Assembly (NCBI GenBank): GCA_964440805.1 | Contig: CAYTTR010000009.1 | Span: 1,658-65,657, forward strand | DNA from: an uncultured Eubacteriales bacterium | Lineage (GTDB): Bacteria; Acidobacteriota; Aminicenantia; Aminicenantales; Aminicenantaceae | Reading direction: 5' to 3' | Length of the DNA: 64,000 nt | Part shown: positions 19,041 to 28,285 of the stretch, in pieces | Layout of the letters: each line of letters starts with the position of its first letter | Position numbering within the stretch: position 1 is the first letter of the stretch | The notes under the pieces: model-generated | The model's database searches: none | Seen by the model: the letters and a program-made list of their open reading frames with translations, nothing else | Told to the model about the DNA's origin: nothing | Program-made: the position numbers and the translations under genes

Positions 19041-19192
19041 GGAGAACATCAGGTATGCCCAGAGCGACATTGAGGCGTTATTCTTCTCAAGCTACTCTTC
19101 GAGGGAATCCGACTTTGTCGGACGGCGAGGATGCAGTGAGAGAAAGGCGAAAAAGCGCCGAAGTAAAGCAAAGAGCATACCTGATGTTCTCC
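19041..19192. repeat. GC-rich intergenic element bounded by a perfect 18-bp inverted repeat
   Basis: GGAGAACATCAGGTATGC (19041-19058) / GCATACCTGATGTTCTCC (19175-19192) flanking a ~116-bp GC-rich core; same architecture as 13503-13700. Confidence 0.5.
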
Positions 19193-19296
19193 TGTTCAAT
19201 GGATTCAACCACACAAAAAGGAAGAAAACCAAATGTTTTAACAAAATGATATTGAGGCGATAGGTTAAATAAATTCTTTCGGATTAGTCAACATTT

Positions 19297-19305
19297 TTGG
19301 TATAA
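19297..19305 (+). promoter_or_regulatory. candidate extended -10 promoter element (TGgTATAAT) for the Cbc-type cytochrome gene
   Basis: TGGTATAAT at 19297-19305, 35 nt upstream of ATG 19340, with GGAGAAGGA SD at 19321-19329. Confidence 0.35.
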
Positions 19306-19339
19306 TGGACGGCAGAAAAAATGGAGAAGGATTGGGGTC

Positions 19340-20911
19340 ATGAGAACAAAAAAGAGAGCCAATTCATCCCTCTGGGTTATGCTGATATTCTTTTGTCTTG
19401 CCGGAATATGCTATCTCTTTCCTCAAGAGTCTAACCAAGACTATGAAAAAATAACCAGTGATGATTGCAGCGGATGCCATGAGAAAAGTAAACATGGAAC
19501 AGACTTCACACAAGACCTCTCCCATTCTATCCATGAAGGATTTGAATGCTTAGACTGCCATCTCGATAAGAAAACCTTCCCTCATCAAAAAATACCTGAT
19601 TTCGAATTACCTTGCCATAGCTGCGCTTCCTGTCATGAAGAAGAAGCCCAAACATATAAAATTCACGGATGAGCTTTGGTAGCCGAATGTCAAGATGCGC
19701 CGTCTTGTGCAGGCTGTCACGGTGAGCTGGTAAGCCGAGGTCAGACAGATGCTCCGGTATGCACTGACTGCCATGGAGAACACGGCATCTTTTCTCCTAA
19801 TGATCCCCGCTCACCAGTTTCCAGCATCAGATTGGCTGAAGCCACCTGTGCCCCCTGTCATGAATCCGTCAGGCTCTCGGAAAAGTACGGCCTTCCCCTG
19901 GGGCGTTTGGCCTCATTTATAGACAGTTACCACGGCCTGAAAACAAAAGCCGGAGATCAATATGTGGCCAATTGTGCTTCCTGCCACGGAGTTCATAAAA
20001 TACTGCCCAGTTCTGATCCGGAGTCCACAATCCATCCCGCTAATCTTCAAAAAACTTGCGGCGAGTGTCATTCCGGGATTTCTGCTGAATTGGCCCAATC
20101 CCCCATTCACGGCCTGGGAGGTGAAGGCCTCCAGACCAAAGCTGCCAGCATTGTTCAGAATATCTATATTGCCGCCATTATTATTATTATCGGACTAATG
20201 GGCATCCATTGGCTTATCGACCTTATCAGGCAGATAATTTTGGTTGCCCGAAAAAAACCTCAGGTCAGGCGGATGAATGCCAATGAACTCTGGCAACATA
20301 CCCTTCTCATGCTCAGTTTTATTGTCCTGGTTGTCACCGGCTTCTCTCTCAGGTTTGATCAGGCCTGGATTACACGGTTTTTCTTCGGCTGGGAAGGCGG
20401 TTTTAAACTGAGAGGAACCATCCACAGAGTGGCTTCGGTTGTTCTCATCGTGACTACTATATGGCACGTTATTTACCTTTTCTCCAGGAGAGGCCGGAGA
20501 TTTTTTGTCGATATGTGGCCCCGCTTAGGTGATTTCCGCGACTTTATTCAGAAAATCTTGTTTAATCTGGGACTTTCCAAAAAAGAACCCCGGTTCGGGA
20601 GATTCAGTTATATCGAGAAAGCTGAGTATTGGGCTCTTATCTGGGGAAATGCAGTGATGATAGTAACCGGAATACTTCTTTGGTTTGACAATTATTTTGT
20701 CAGAATTTTCCCCAAAGGAGTGCTTGATGTTTCTTTGGTCATTCATTATTACGAAGCCATTCTGGCTTCTCTTGCCATTTTAATCTGGCATCTGTACTCT
20801 ACCGTCTTTAATCCCCGCGTCTATCCCATGAATCCTTCATGGCTTACCGGCAAAATGCCGGAAGACATGTTTATTCACGAACACCAAGCAGTCAAAAAAG
20901 AAGAGATTTAA
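19340..20911 (+). CDS. inner-membrane multiheme cytochrome c fused to diheme cytochrome b (Cbc/CbcL-like quinol oxidoreductase), interrupted by one in-frame TGA at 19670-19672
   Basis: Track ORFs 19340..19672 and 19676..20911 are in the same frame, separated by TGA plus one codon. Only the first ORF has a signal peptide. There are 3+5 CxxCH motifs, then five His-bearing TM helices of PF01292 type (HydC/FdnI-like). Confidence 0.6.
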
Positions 20912-21218
20912 TTAGCCTGGATTATTCACCAGTCGAGGTTGCCGTAGATACGAGGCACAGGGCACGCAGCTGTGGTCTCTCCACCGCAAGTGTCCTGTAA
21001 CGAAGTAGATGCGCCAAGCGCGGCTCGCCTGAAGGGTAAAAAAGGCTGGTTTTAGATAAGATTTGATGAAAGGATTTAATGAACTTAATTTCTTTACCTA
21101 CACCACAATAAAACCTCTTAAGTCATAGGTATTTGTGATATAAAAAGTATCGGCCTTTTTTATGAATGGTTCAGGTTAGTCAAAGAAAATAAAAAATAAA
21201 ATAAACAAACAAATTATT

Positions 21219-22229
21219 CTAAAAGACCCCGGCAATCTTCTGACTACAATGTGGACATAAGCCTTTTCTGATGAGGCTTTCTGCCAGGAAGAATCCATTC
21301 CTCTTGATTAAAATTTTCCCACACGATGGACAAAGGGTGTCCTCTGATTCTCCCAAAACATTACCGATATAAAGATAGTGAAGACCTTCTTCTTTTCCAA
21401 TCTCAACCGCTCGCCTTAATCTCTCCATGGGAGTGGGGCGGGAATCCGTAAATTTATAATCGGGATGAAAACGGCTGATATGCCAGGGGATATTGGGATC
21501 AACGCCGGCCAGAAACCGGGCTATCTCCCGCAGCTCCTTATCACTGTCGTTCTCTCCTGGGATTATCAAGGTGGTTACCTCAACCCATATATCATTTTTT
21601 TTCAAAAAGCTTATACAATCCAAAACCGGCTGTAAGCGGGCCTTACACATTTTTTTATAAAATTCATCTCTAAATGATTTAAGATCCACATTGGCAGCAT
21701 CCAGCCAGGGCGAAATTTTTTCAACAGCCTCCTGGGTTAGGTAACCGTTAGTGACAAAATTATTTCCCAGGCCTTCTTTTTTTGCCAGCTTGGCTGTCTC
21801 ATAGGCATACTCAAAAAAAATTGTCGGTTCAGTATAAGTATAAGAAATACTGCTGCAGTCATTGGTTAAGGCTTGCCTGACCACTTCTTCAGGGGAAAGT
21901 TTATACCCGGAAAAAACCTTTTCTTTCTGCCGGGAAGCCTGGGATATCTGCCAATTCTGACAAAAAGGGCATTGAAAGTTGCAGCCGATAGTGGCAATGG
22001 AAAAGGCTTTAGTGCCGGGAAGAAAGTGATATAAAGGTTTTTTTTCAATCGGATCTACATGGGCTGCTATAACTTCTCCGAAAACATGGGTATAAAGTTT
22101 GCCCTCCTTGTTTTCTCTAACCCGGCAAATTCCCCAGTTCCCTGGATTTATTTCACACCTATGAGCACAGAGAAAACAGTTGACCCGGTCTTCATCAAGA
22201 GTCTTATAGAGCATGGCTTCTCGAATCAT
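21219..22229 (-). CDS. radical SAM enzyme, AmmeMemoRadiSam/PFL-activase-like
   Basis: 336 aa; CNFQCPFCQNWQIS CxxxCxxC cluster motif with QN..IS tail; additional N-terminal Cys pairs. Confidence 0.6.
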   Translation of the reverse strand: MIREAMLYKTLDEDRVNCFLCAHRCEINPGNWGICRVRENKEGKLYTHVFGEVIAAHVDPIEKKPLYHFLPGTKAFSIATIGCNFQCPFCQNWQISQASRQKEKVFSGYKLSPEEVVRQALTNDCSSISYTYTEPTIFFEYAYETAKLAKKEGLGNNFVTNGYLTQEAVEKISPWLDAANVDLKSFRDEFYKKMCKARLQPVLDCISFLKKNDIWVEVTTLIIPGENDSDKELREIARFLAGVDPNIPWHISRFHPDYKFTDSRPTPMERLRRAVEIGKEEGLHYLYIGNVLGESEDTLCPSCGKILIKRNGFFLAESLIRKGLCPHCSQKIAGVF

Positions 22230-22250
22230 TAAATCACCTCCTAATCCGGA

Positions 22251-22883
22251 TTATTCCGCAGAAGGGCAAAGCTGCCGGAGTATACATTGGGAACAATTGG
22301 GATTTTTGGCCTGACAAATCTTCCGGCCGTGGTTGACCAGCATATAGTTAAAGTCCAGCCAGTCTTCTCTGGGAATCAAATTCATCAAATCTTTCTCAAT
22401 TTTATCGGGATTCTTTTCCCGGCTCAGTCCCAGTCGGCCGGCCAATCTTTTCACATGGGTATCCACCGCAATCCCTTCAGCCTTCCGGAAAACACTGGAG
22501 AGAATTATATTGGCTGTTTTACGGGCTACTCCGGGTAATTTCACTAATTTATCCATAGTATCCGGTACTTGACCGGAAAATTCCTTTTCTATAACGGCAG
22601 CAGCTTCCTGAATACTTTTGGCTTTATTCCGGTAAAACCCGGTTGGACGGATAATTTTTTCCAGCTCCTCACGGTCTGCCTCGGCTAAATCAGAGGCGGT
22701 GGGATATTTTTCAAACAACCGGGGAGTAATTTGGTTAACCTTAGCATCTGTGCATTGAGCCGAAAGGATTGTGGCTACCAGAAGTTGGAGAGGATTTTTA
22801 TAGTGTAAGGCTGTCCGGCTCTGAGGATATTTTTCCCTAAGAAGACTTATTATCTTTTTTATTCTTTCTTTCTCATTTTTCAT
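22251..22883 (-). CDS. nth: endonuclease III (DNA-(apurinic or apyrimidinic site) lyase)
   Basis: HhH-GPD motif (LVKLPGVARKTANIIL), catalytic Lys/Asp and the C-terminal Cx6Cx2Cx5C [4Fe-4S] loop. Start moved to the internal ATG (MKNEKERIKK) to avoid a 28-nt overlap with nrdJ. Confidence 0.8.
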   Translation of the reverse strand: MKNEKERIKKIISLLREKYPQSRTALHYKNPLQLLVATILSAQCTDAKVNQITPRLFEKYPTASDLAEADREELEKIIRPTGFYRNKAKSIQEAAAVIEKEFSGQVPDTMDKLVKLPGVARKTANIILSSVFRKAEGIAVDTHVKRLAGRLGLSREKNPDKIEKDLMNLIPREDWLDFNYMLVNHGRKICQAKNPNCSQCILRQLCPSAE

Positions 22884-22891
22884 TTCTTTCC

Positions 22892-25024
22892 TCAAAACAA
22901 GCATTGTCCTCTGATACATCCACCGGAGAACTCAGAATGAGCTGAGATAAAATCCCTTTCCCAATCCTCCGTCCCCTCACTTTCATCTCCAGGGAAAAAA
23001 AGCACCTGGTCATCCTTAGAACCGTAGCGGTAAACAGTAATCCCTTTGCATTTCAATTGATAAGCTCTTAAATAGATATCTTTCACCTGTTCTACCGGGG
23101 CTTCATGAGGAAGATTAACTGTCTTGGAGACCGAGTTATCCGTAGATGCTTGAAAAGCAGCTTGTATGCGCAAATGCTGCTCCGGGGAGACATCGAAGGC
23201 AGTGACAAAAATCTCCCGGATATCTTCAGGTATTTCTTTGACATTCTGGATAGAACCAAGGCGTCCGGCATAAGCCAAGAAATCCCTGGTATCCAGGCCT
23301 CTTTCTTTCATCTTTTTTTCAAAGAGAGGATGCACCTCGAGCAAACGGGTTCCAGAAAGGACTTTCCGCACATAGCTGAGGGCAAACAACGGCTCTATTC
23401 CACTGGAGCAATCAGCTATGATGCTTATGGTCCCGGTGGGAGCAATAGTGTTGACTGTGGCATGGCGTAACTTGATTCCTTTTTTGGAATAAACCGACCG
23501 CTCGTAGTTTGGAAAAACCCCTCTCTCTTCTGCCAAAGATGCCGACGCTTTTAAGCTCACCTGATGGAAAACTCTCATCAGCCTTGAAGCCATTTCTTCA
23601 GCCTTAGGCGAGTTATAAGGGATTCCCATCTTGATTAACATATCGGCAAAACCCATCACTCCCAGGCCAATTTTCCGGTTGCCTTTGGTCATTTTTTCTA
23701 TTTCAGGCAGCGGATAACGGTTGACTTCAATCACATCATCCAGAAAACGAACTGCCCAGTGAATTGCCTCTTTCAATTCGAGCCAGTCCAGAGCTCCGTT
23801 GCTGACAAGTTTGGAAAGGTTCAATGAACCCAAGTTACAGCTTTCATAAGGCAAAAGTGGAACCTCGCCGCATGGATTAGTAGCTTCAATTCTTCCCAGT
23901 TCGAGCAGGGGGTGGCGGCGGTTGATTTCATCAAGAAATATCAAGCCCGGATCTCCCGACCTCCAAGCAGCAAAAACAATGAGATCAAAAAGTGAACGGG
24001 CTTTAACTTTTCTGACTGTTTCTTTGTTTCTGGGATTAATCAAATCAAATTCCTCATCATTCATTACCGCATCCATAAAAGCATCGGTGACTCCCACAGA
24101 AAGATTAAAATTGGGCAGGGTCTCTTTTTCCAATTTGGCCTCAATGAAATCAAAGATATCAGGGTGATCACAACGAAGAATCCCCATATTGGCACCCCGG
24201 CGCCGTCCTCCCTGGACAATTACTTGGGTAGCCTGATTAAAAATGCTCATGAAAGACAGCGGACCAGACGCTTTTCCCTTAGTGGTGGAGACGAGATCTC
24301 CTTCCGGCCTTAACTGAGAAAAATCGAATCCGCAGCCGCCGCCCGTCTGATGAATAAGGGCCATATTCTTAAGAGCTTCAAAAATGCCGCTCATCGAATC
24401 CTCAACCGGAAGAACAAAACAGGCGGACAATTGGCCTAAGGGAGTACCGGCATTCATCAGAGTCGGAGAATTAGGCAAAAATTCCAGGCCGGACATCATC
24501 TGAAAAAACTTTTCTTCGACTTCTTCCCGGTTTTTTTTTGACTTGAACTCCAGCTCTGCTTCGCTGACGGTTCGAGCTACCCGGGCGAACAATTCGCCCG
24601 GAGTTTCCACCACCCTCTGATTATCATCCTTCAGGAGATACCGTTTATTGAGGACAAAAAGACTGTTCAAGGGGAGTTTAAGGTCGTCTTTCAGACCGTA
24701 AGCTGTTTTTAGTTGCCGAATATCGCCTCTCTGCTGGCGGTAAAGTATGTATTTTTTGGCTATAAAAGAATAGCCGGCCTCCATTAAACTTTTTTCCACG
24801 ATATCCTGGATTTCTTCAACTGAAGGAACGGCTCCCTTGAATTGCTCGGAAATTTTACTCAAACAGCGGGGAAGAACATCAGTCGCAATCTTTATAGCCT
24901 TCTCTTCATCCTGAACTATCTCCAAGGAAGCAGCTTTAATGGCTTGGCTGATTTTGGAGGGATCAAACCTTACAATCTGGCCGTCTCTCTTTCTGATTTT
25001 TTGCGGCTGCTCTTCATTGGACAT
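22892..25024 (-). CDS. nrdJ: adenosylcobalamin-dependent ribonucleotide reductase (class II, NrdJ) with N-terminal ATP-cone
   Basis: 710 aa; ATP-cone (KRDGQIVRFDPSKI), active-site EATNPCGE, ...CNLGSLNL; no separate radical-generating subunit nearby. Confidence 0.85.
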   Translation of the reverse strand: MSNEEQPQKIRKRDGQIVRFDPSKISQAIKAASLEIVQDEEKAIKIATDVLPRCLSKISEQFKGAVPSVEEIQDIVEKSLMEAGYSFIAKKYILYRQQRGDIRQLKTAYGLKDDLKLPLNSLFVLNKRYLLKDDNQRVVETPGELFARVARTVSEAELEFKSKKNREEVEEKFFQMMSGLEFLPNSPTLMNAGTPLGQLSACFVLPVEDSMSGIFEALKNMALIHQTGGGCGFDFSQLRPEGDLVSTTKGKASGPLSFMSIFNQATQVIVQGGRRRGANMGILRCDHPDIFDFIEAKLEKETLPNFNLSVGVTDAFMDAVMNDEEFDLINPRNKETVRKVKARSLFDLIVFAAWRSGDPGLIFLDEINRRHPLLELGRIEATNPCGEVPLLPYESCNLGSLNLSKLVSNGALDWLELKEAIHWAVRFLDDVIEVNRYPLPEIEKMTKGNRKIGLGVMGFADMLIKMGIPYNSPKAEEMASRLMRVFHQVSLKASASLAEERGVFPNYERSVYSKKGIKLRHATVNTIAPTGTISIIADCSSGIEPLFALSYVRKVLSGTRLLEVHPLFEKKMKERGLDTRDFLAYAGRLGSIQNVKEIPEDIREIFVTAFDVSPEQHLRIQAAFQASTDNSVSKTVNLPHEAPVEQVKDIYLRAYQLKCKGITVYRYGSKDDQVLFFPGDESEGTEDWERDFISAHSEFSGGCIRGQCLF

Positions 25025-25397
25025 ATTTACTTCCTCCCTTCCCCTGTTTTATGCCGGGAAAAAGAATCAAACCATTAATTGAAAATCTTAATAGTCTCCC
25101 CACCAGTTCTCTTATCTTCTCGCCCACCTATCTTGTTTATCTTGTTTATCTTGTTTATCTTGTTTATTTAGTCTCACTTATCTCGCCAGCCTCGCCTTTT
25201 CCAGCCATTTATGTTAGACAAACCAAATAAATCCAACAAACGTTATTAACGCAATGAACTTTTCTTTCCCCTTTAGCTCGACTCCTTTTATTTAGCTGAA
25301 TTAACCGAATAGACTGAGTAGACTAAATAAACCGAACAACTGAATCAACTGAATAGACTTAACAGACATTCTTTCTTTTAAATTGATTCTGCTTAAT
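25025..25397. repeat. repeat-rich intergenic element, family copy C (4x CTTGTTTAT tandem repeat) in the nrdJ leader
   Basis: Tandem 9-mers at 25131-25166; shares AATCAACTGAATAGACT, GGTTTGTCT and AGGCGAGGCTGGC blocks (inverted orientation) with copies A and B. Confidence 0.4.
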
Positions 25398-25865
25398 TCA
25401 AGGACCAATGTGAACAAATTCCTCACCAAAATGAAACTCTTCAACATTGTAATAATCAGGAAACTTTTCCAGGAGGTCCATCTCGGATTTTATTATATAG
25501 TAATGGCTTCTTTCTACTCGAGTCAAGTACCGGAAAATCTTATTGCTTTGAACACCAGCCACTTTCTCTGATGCCTTATGATAAAATTCCTCAGCAGATT
25601 TCTCTGCTTCCAAGGCTATTTTGAATAAATCTTTCACTGAAGATTGGTCATCAATTTTCGCTTGACCGTAAGCAAGAAAAGATTCCCCAGGCAATTTTAG
25701 AGGAGATTCCGGGAACTTCCGGGTAAAAAATCTTTCCAGGAGCTCTTTGTGTTTTTTTTCTTCCATAACAAGGAATTCGATCTTCTTGAGAAGCAGCTGG
25801 TTGCGTATGAGCTGCTTCAAATGAGAATAATAATCTGCAGCTTCAACTTCAGATTTAACGGCCAT
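25398..25865 (-). CDS. ferritin-like diiron-domain protein (rubrerythrin-like paralog)
   Basis: Track ORF 25398..26027 overlaps the rubrerythrin gene by 95 nt (25933-26027), so the start was moved to the internal ATG at 25865 (GAGGAA SD upstream). E..H motifs (EEKKHKELLERF, RVERSHYYIIKSE). Confidence 0.5.
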   Translation of the reverse strand: MAVKSEVEAADYYSHLKQLIRNQLLLKKIEFLVMEEKKHKELLERFFTRKFPESPLKLPGESFLAYGQAKIDDQSSVKDLFKIALEAEKSAEEFYHKASEKVAGVQSNKIFRYLTRVERSHYYIIKSEMDLLEKFPDYYNVEEFHFGEEFVHIGP

Positions 25866-25932
25866 GGAAATAATTTCCTCGGGAGTGAGATTTTTAACTT
25901 CTCTATATTCCTTCACAGTTAAATACCTTGGT

Positions 25933-26436
25933 TTAAAATTCTTCAAATTTTTCACGAGGGGAACCGCAAACAGGGCATTTTGCCGGAGCTTCGCCTTCGA
26001 CCGTGAAACCGCACACAGAACAAACATTTAATACCGTAATATCAGCATCTTTCCCTTGAGCAGCTGCTTCTTTAGCCTTCTTGTATAATTTTTCATGAAC
26101 CTTTTCAGCCGCCAGGGCCCAACTTGTTGCGGTTTCCGCTCCTTTTTCTCCTTGCTTACGGGCAACTTCGATATAGACGGGATACATTTCGTTGACCTCA
26201 AAACCTTCTCCTTCAATGGCGGTTTCGAGATTCTCTACAGTGCTTTTAATTCCCGAGAGAGTGCGGAGGTGATTGGCGGCATGGATTTGTTCAGCATATG
26301 AATTGGCCCGGAAAAGCCTGGCGATGTTCTTGAAATTCTCTTTTTCTGCTTTTTCAGCAAAAGACAGATACCTCATATGAGCCTGACTTTCTCCGGAAAA
26401 AGCTTCTTGGAGATTAATTCCGGTCATTTTTTTCAT
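25933..26436 (-). CDS. rbr: rubrerythrin
   Basis: 167 aa; diiron four-helix bundle (ESQAHMRY, EGEGFEVNEMYP, EKVHEKLY) plus C-terminal rubredoxin-like CxxC...CxxC. Confidence 0.85.
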   Translation of the reverse strand: MKKMTGINLQEAFSGESQAHMRYLSFAEKAEKENFKNIARLFRANSYAEQIHAANHLRTLSGIKSTVENLETAIEGEGFEVNEMYPVYIEVARKQGEKGAETATSWALAAEKVHEKLYKKAKEAAAQGKDADITVLNVCSVCGFTVEGEAPAKCPVCGSPREKFEEF

Positions 26437-26497
26437 TTCGATCCTCCTTATTTTTGTATCATAAAATCCGAACTTTGATTAACTCAATCAAGGTTAA

Positions 26498-27403
26498 TCA
26501 AAGCTGGATCATTTTCTCAATTGCCGTTAAAGCTTTTTCTCTTACTTCCGGGATAACTTCAATGGGATAACGTTCTTCTTCCAAAGCTTTAAGAACACTT
26601 AAAAGAGTAATTTTTTTCATATTGGCGCAAAAAGCTGATTCATTGGCCGGAATAAACTCAACCTCAGGATTGATTTTTTTCAGACGGTGAATGATTCCGG
26701 TTTCTGTGCCGATTATTACAAATTTTTTACCTGTAGAGGCTGCTTCTTTGACCATTTTCCCGGTGGAAAAAACTTTGTCCGCCAGGTCTATCACTTCAGG
26801 CCGGCACTCCGGATGAACCCAAATTTCCGCCCGGGGGTATAATTCTTTTTTCTTTTTTATATCCATGGCCTGAATATTATTATGGACATAACAATAGCCG
26901 TCCCAAGGGATCAACTTCTTTTTAGTGTTCCGGGATATATAACCGGCCAAGTTCTTATCTGGGATAAACAGAACCGTTTTATCCGGAACTGATTCCACTA
27001 CCCTCAAAGCATTGGAAGAAGTACAACAAACGTCGGACTCGGCTTTGACATCAGCAGAAGTGTTGATATAGCAAACAACCGGTTTTTCCGTATAGCGCTT
27101 TTTCCACTCTATGAGTTCTTCAGAAGTTATCATATCCGCCATAGGGCAACCGGCGTTTATTTCGGGCAATAAAACAGTTTTCTCAGGAGAAAGCATCTTG
27201 GCTGTTTCAGCCATAAAGTGAACTCCACAGAAAACGATGATATCTTCATCCACAGCAGCTGCTCTCTGGCTCAGCTCTAAGGAATCTCCTACAAAATCCG
27301 CTACATCCTGGACTTCTCCCCGTTGATAATTGTGGGCCAGAATTAGGGCGTTTTTTTTGTTTTTGAGGTAGTCTATTCTCTTTATTGTTTTATCAACATC
27401 CAA
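26498..27403 (-). CDS. nadA: quinolinate synthase NadA
   Basis: 301 aa; NadA family motifs (ILAHNYQ, CGVHFMAET, three-Cys Fe-S ligands). Confidence 0.9.
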   Translation of the reverse strand: MDVDKTIKRIDYLKNKKNALILAHNYQRGEVQDVADFVGDSLELSQRAAAVDEDIIVFCGVHFMAETAKMLSPEKTVLLPEINAGCPMADMITSEELIEWKKRYTEKPVVCYINTSADVKAESDVCCTSSNALRVVESVPDKTVLFIPDKNLAGYISRNTKKKLIPWDGYCYVHNNIQAMDIKKKKELYPRAEIWVHPECRPEVIDLADKVFSTGKMVKEAASTGKKFVIIGTETGIIHRLKKINPEVEFIPANESAFCANMKKITLLSVLKALEEERYPIEVIPEVREKALTAIEKMIQL

Positions 27404-27433
27404 GAGACACCTCCTCTTTTAAAAATATGATTT

Positions 27434-27688
27434 TTATTCTTTGACTTTCTTGATATAGATCTTGTAGACTCCATTCTTTTCTTCCATTTTCAAGCATCCC
27501 TGTCCTGTCTGTCTGCACCAGGCCGGGATATCTTCTTTGATTCCTTTATCAGTGGCTATGATTTCCAGTATTTCGCCCACTTTTAATTTCTTGATTATCT
27601 CGGATGTTTTAATAACCGGCATAGGACAGAGTAATCCAAAACAATCTAATGTGTGATCAGCTTTAATGGTCATTAACCAGGTTTCCAA
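27434..27688 (-). CDS. TusA/SirA-family sulfur-carrier protein
   Basis: 84 aa with the CPMP active-site motif (LDCFGLLCPMPVIKT). Confidence 0.7.
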   Translation of the reverse strand: METWLMTIKADHTLDCFGLLCPMPVIKTSEIIKKLKVGEILEIIATDKGIKEDIPAWCRQTGQGCLKMEEKNGVYKIYIKKVKE

Positions 27689-27709
27689 TCAGATTTATTC
27701 AATACTATT

Positions 27710-28285
27710 TTAAACCCTGACCACTGTTGCTCCACAATGAGGACATTTTTCCTCATCTTTACGTCTGGGTTGATTGCATTCAGGGCATTTTTCCAGTTCA
27801 ACCTGACAGCTTTTACAAAATTTTTCAAATCCTTCTAAGGGGCCTTCACAATAGGGACAATTAATTTGTTTCTTCCTCTCTCTATCAGCTTCAGGCTTGT
27901 CTTTATTATCGCGGCCTTTCTTTTTTTCAAGGTAGTTCTCAATTGCTTTATGAAGGGCATCAGCTCCCAGGTTGGAACAATGCATTTTATTCTTGGGTAA
28001 ACCTCCCAATTCATCTGCCACTATTCTGTTGGTTATTTTCATGGCTTCATCAAGGTTTCTCCCTTTGGCCATTTCACTGACCATGCTGGAGACAGCAATA
28101 GCAGCCCCGCAGCCAAAGGTCTGAAATTTGACATCTTCAATCCTGTCATCTTTGACTTTAATATAGAAAGTCATCATGTCTCCACAAACTGGATTTCCCA
28201 CCTTTCCTATCCCGTCAGCATTTTCAATTTTTCCTACATTTCGGGGATTTTGAAAATGGTCCATAACTTTTTCACTATATATCAT
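27710..28285 (-). CDS. iscU: Fe-S cluster assembly scaffold IscU/NifU-N with C-terminal zinc-ribbon extension
   Basis: Conserved scaffold Cys (GNPVCGD, FGCGAAIA, HCS) and C-terminal CPYC...CKSC...CPEC...CPHC. Confidence 0.8.
   Translation of the reverse strand: MIYSEKVMDHFQNPRNVGKIENADGIGKVGNPVCGDMMTFYIKVKDDRIEDVKFQTFGCGAAIAVSSMVSEMAKGRNLDEAMKITNRIVADELGGLPKNKMHCSNLGADALHKAIENYLEKKKGRDNKDKPEADRERKKQINCPYCEGPLEGFEKFCKSCQVELEKCPECNQPRRKDEEKCPHCGATVVRV

Noticed and set aside
19670-19720. Selenocysteine recoding (bSECIS) at the in-frame TGA of the cytochrome gene
   Set aside because: Only a weak 5-bp hairpin (CAAGA/TCTTG) lies 19 nt downstream. No convincing SECIS apical loop, and no sel genes are visible in the window. 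Kept as a low-probability alternative within the finding
22883-22919. 28-nt nth/nrdJ coding overlap
   Set aside because: It is resolved by using the internal ATG at 22883, which gives the usual spacing before the HhH-GPD core. The overlap is an ORF-calling artefact
25866-26027. 95-nt overlap (25933-26027) between rubrerythrin and the downstream ferritin-like gene
   Set aside because: The downstream gene very probably starts at the internal ATG at 25865, preceded by a GAGGAA SD. This leaves a normal intergenic gap
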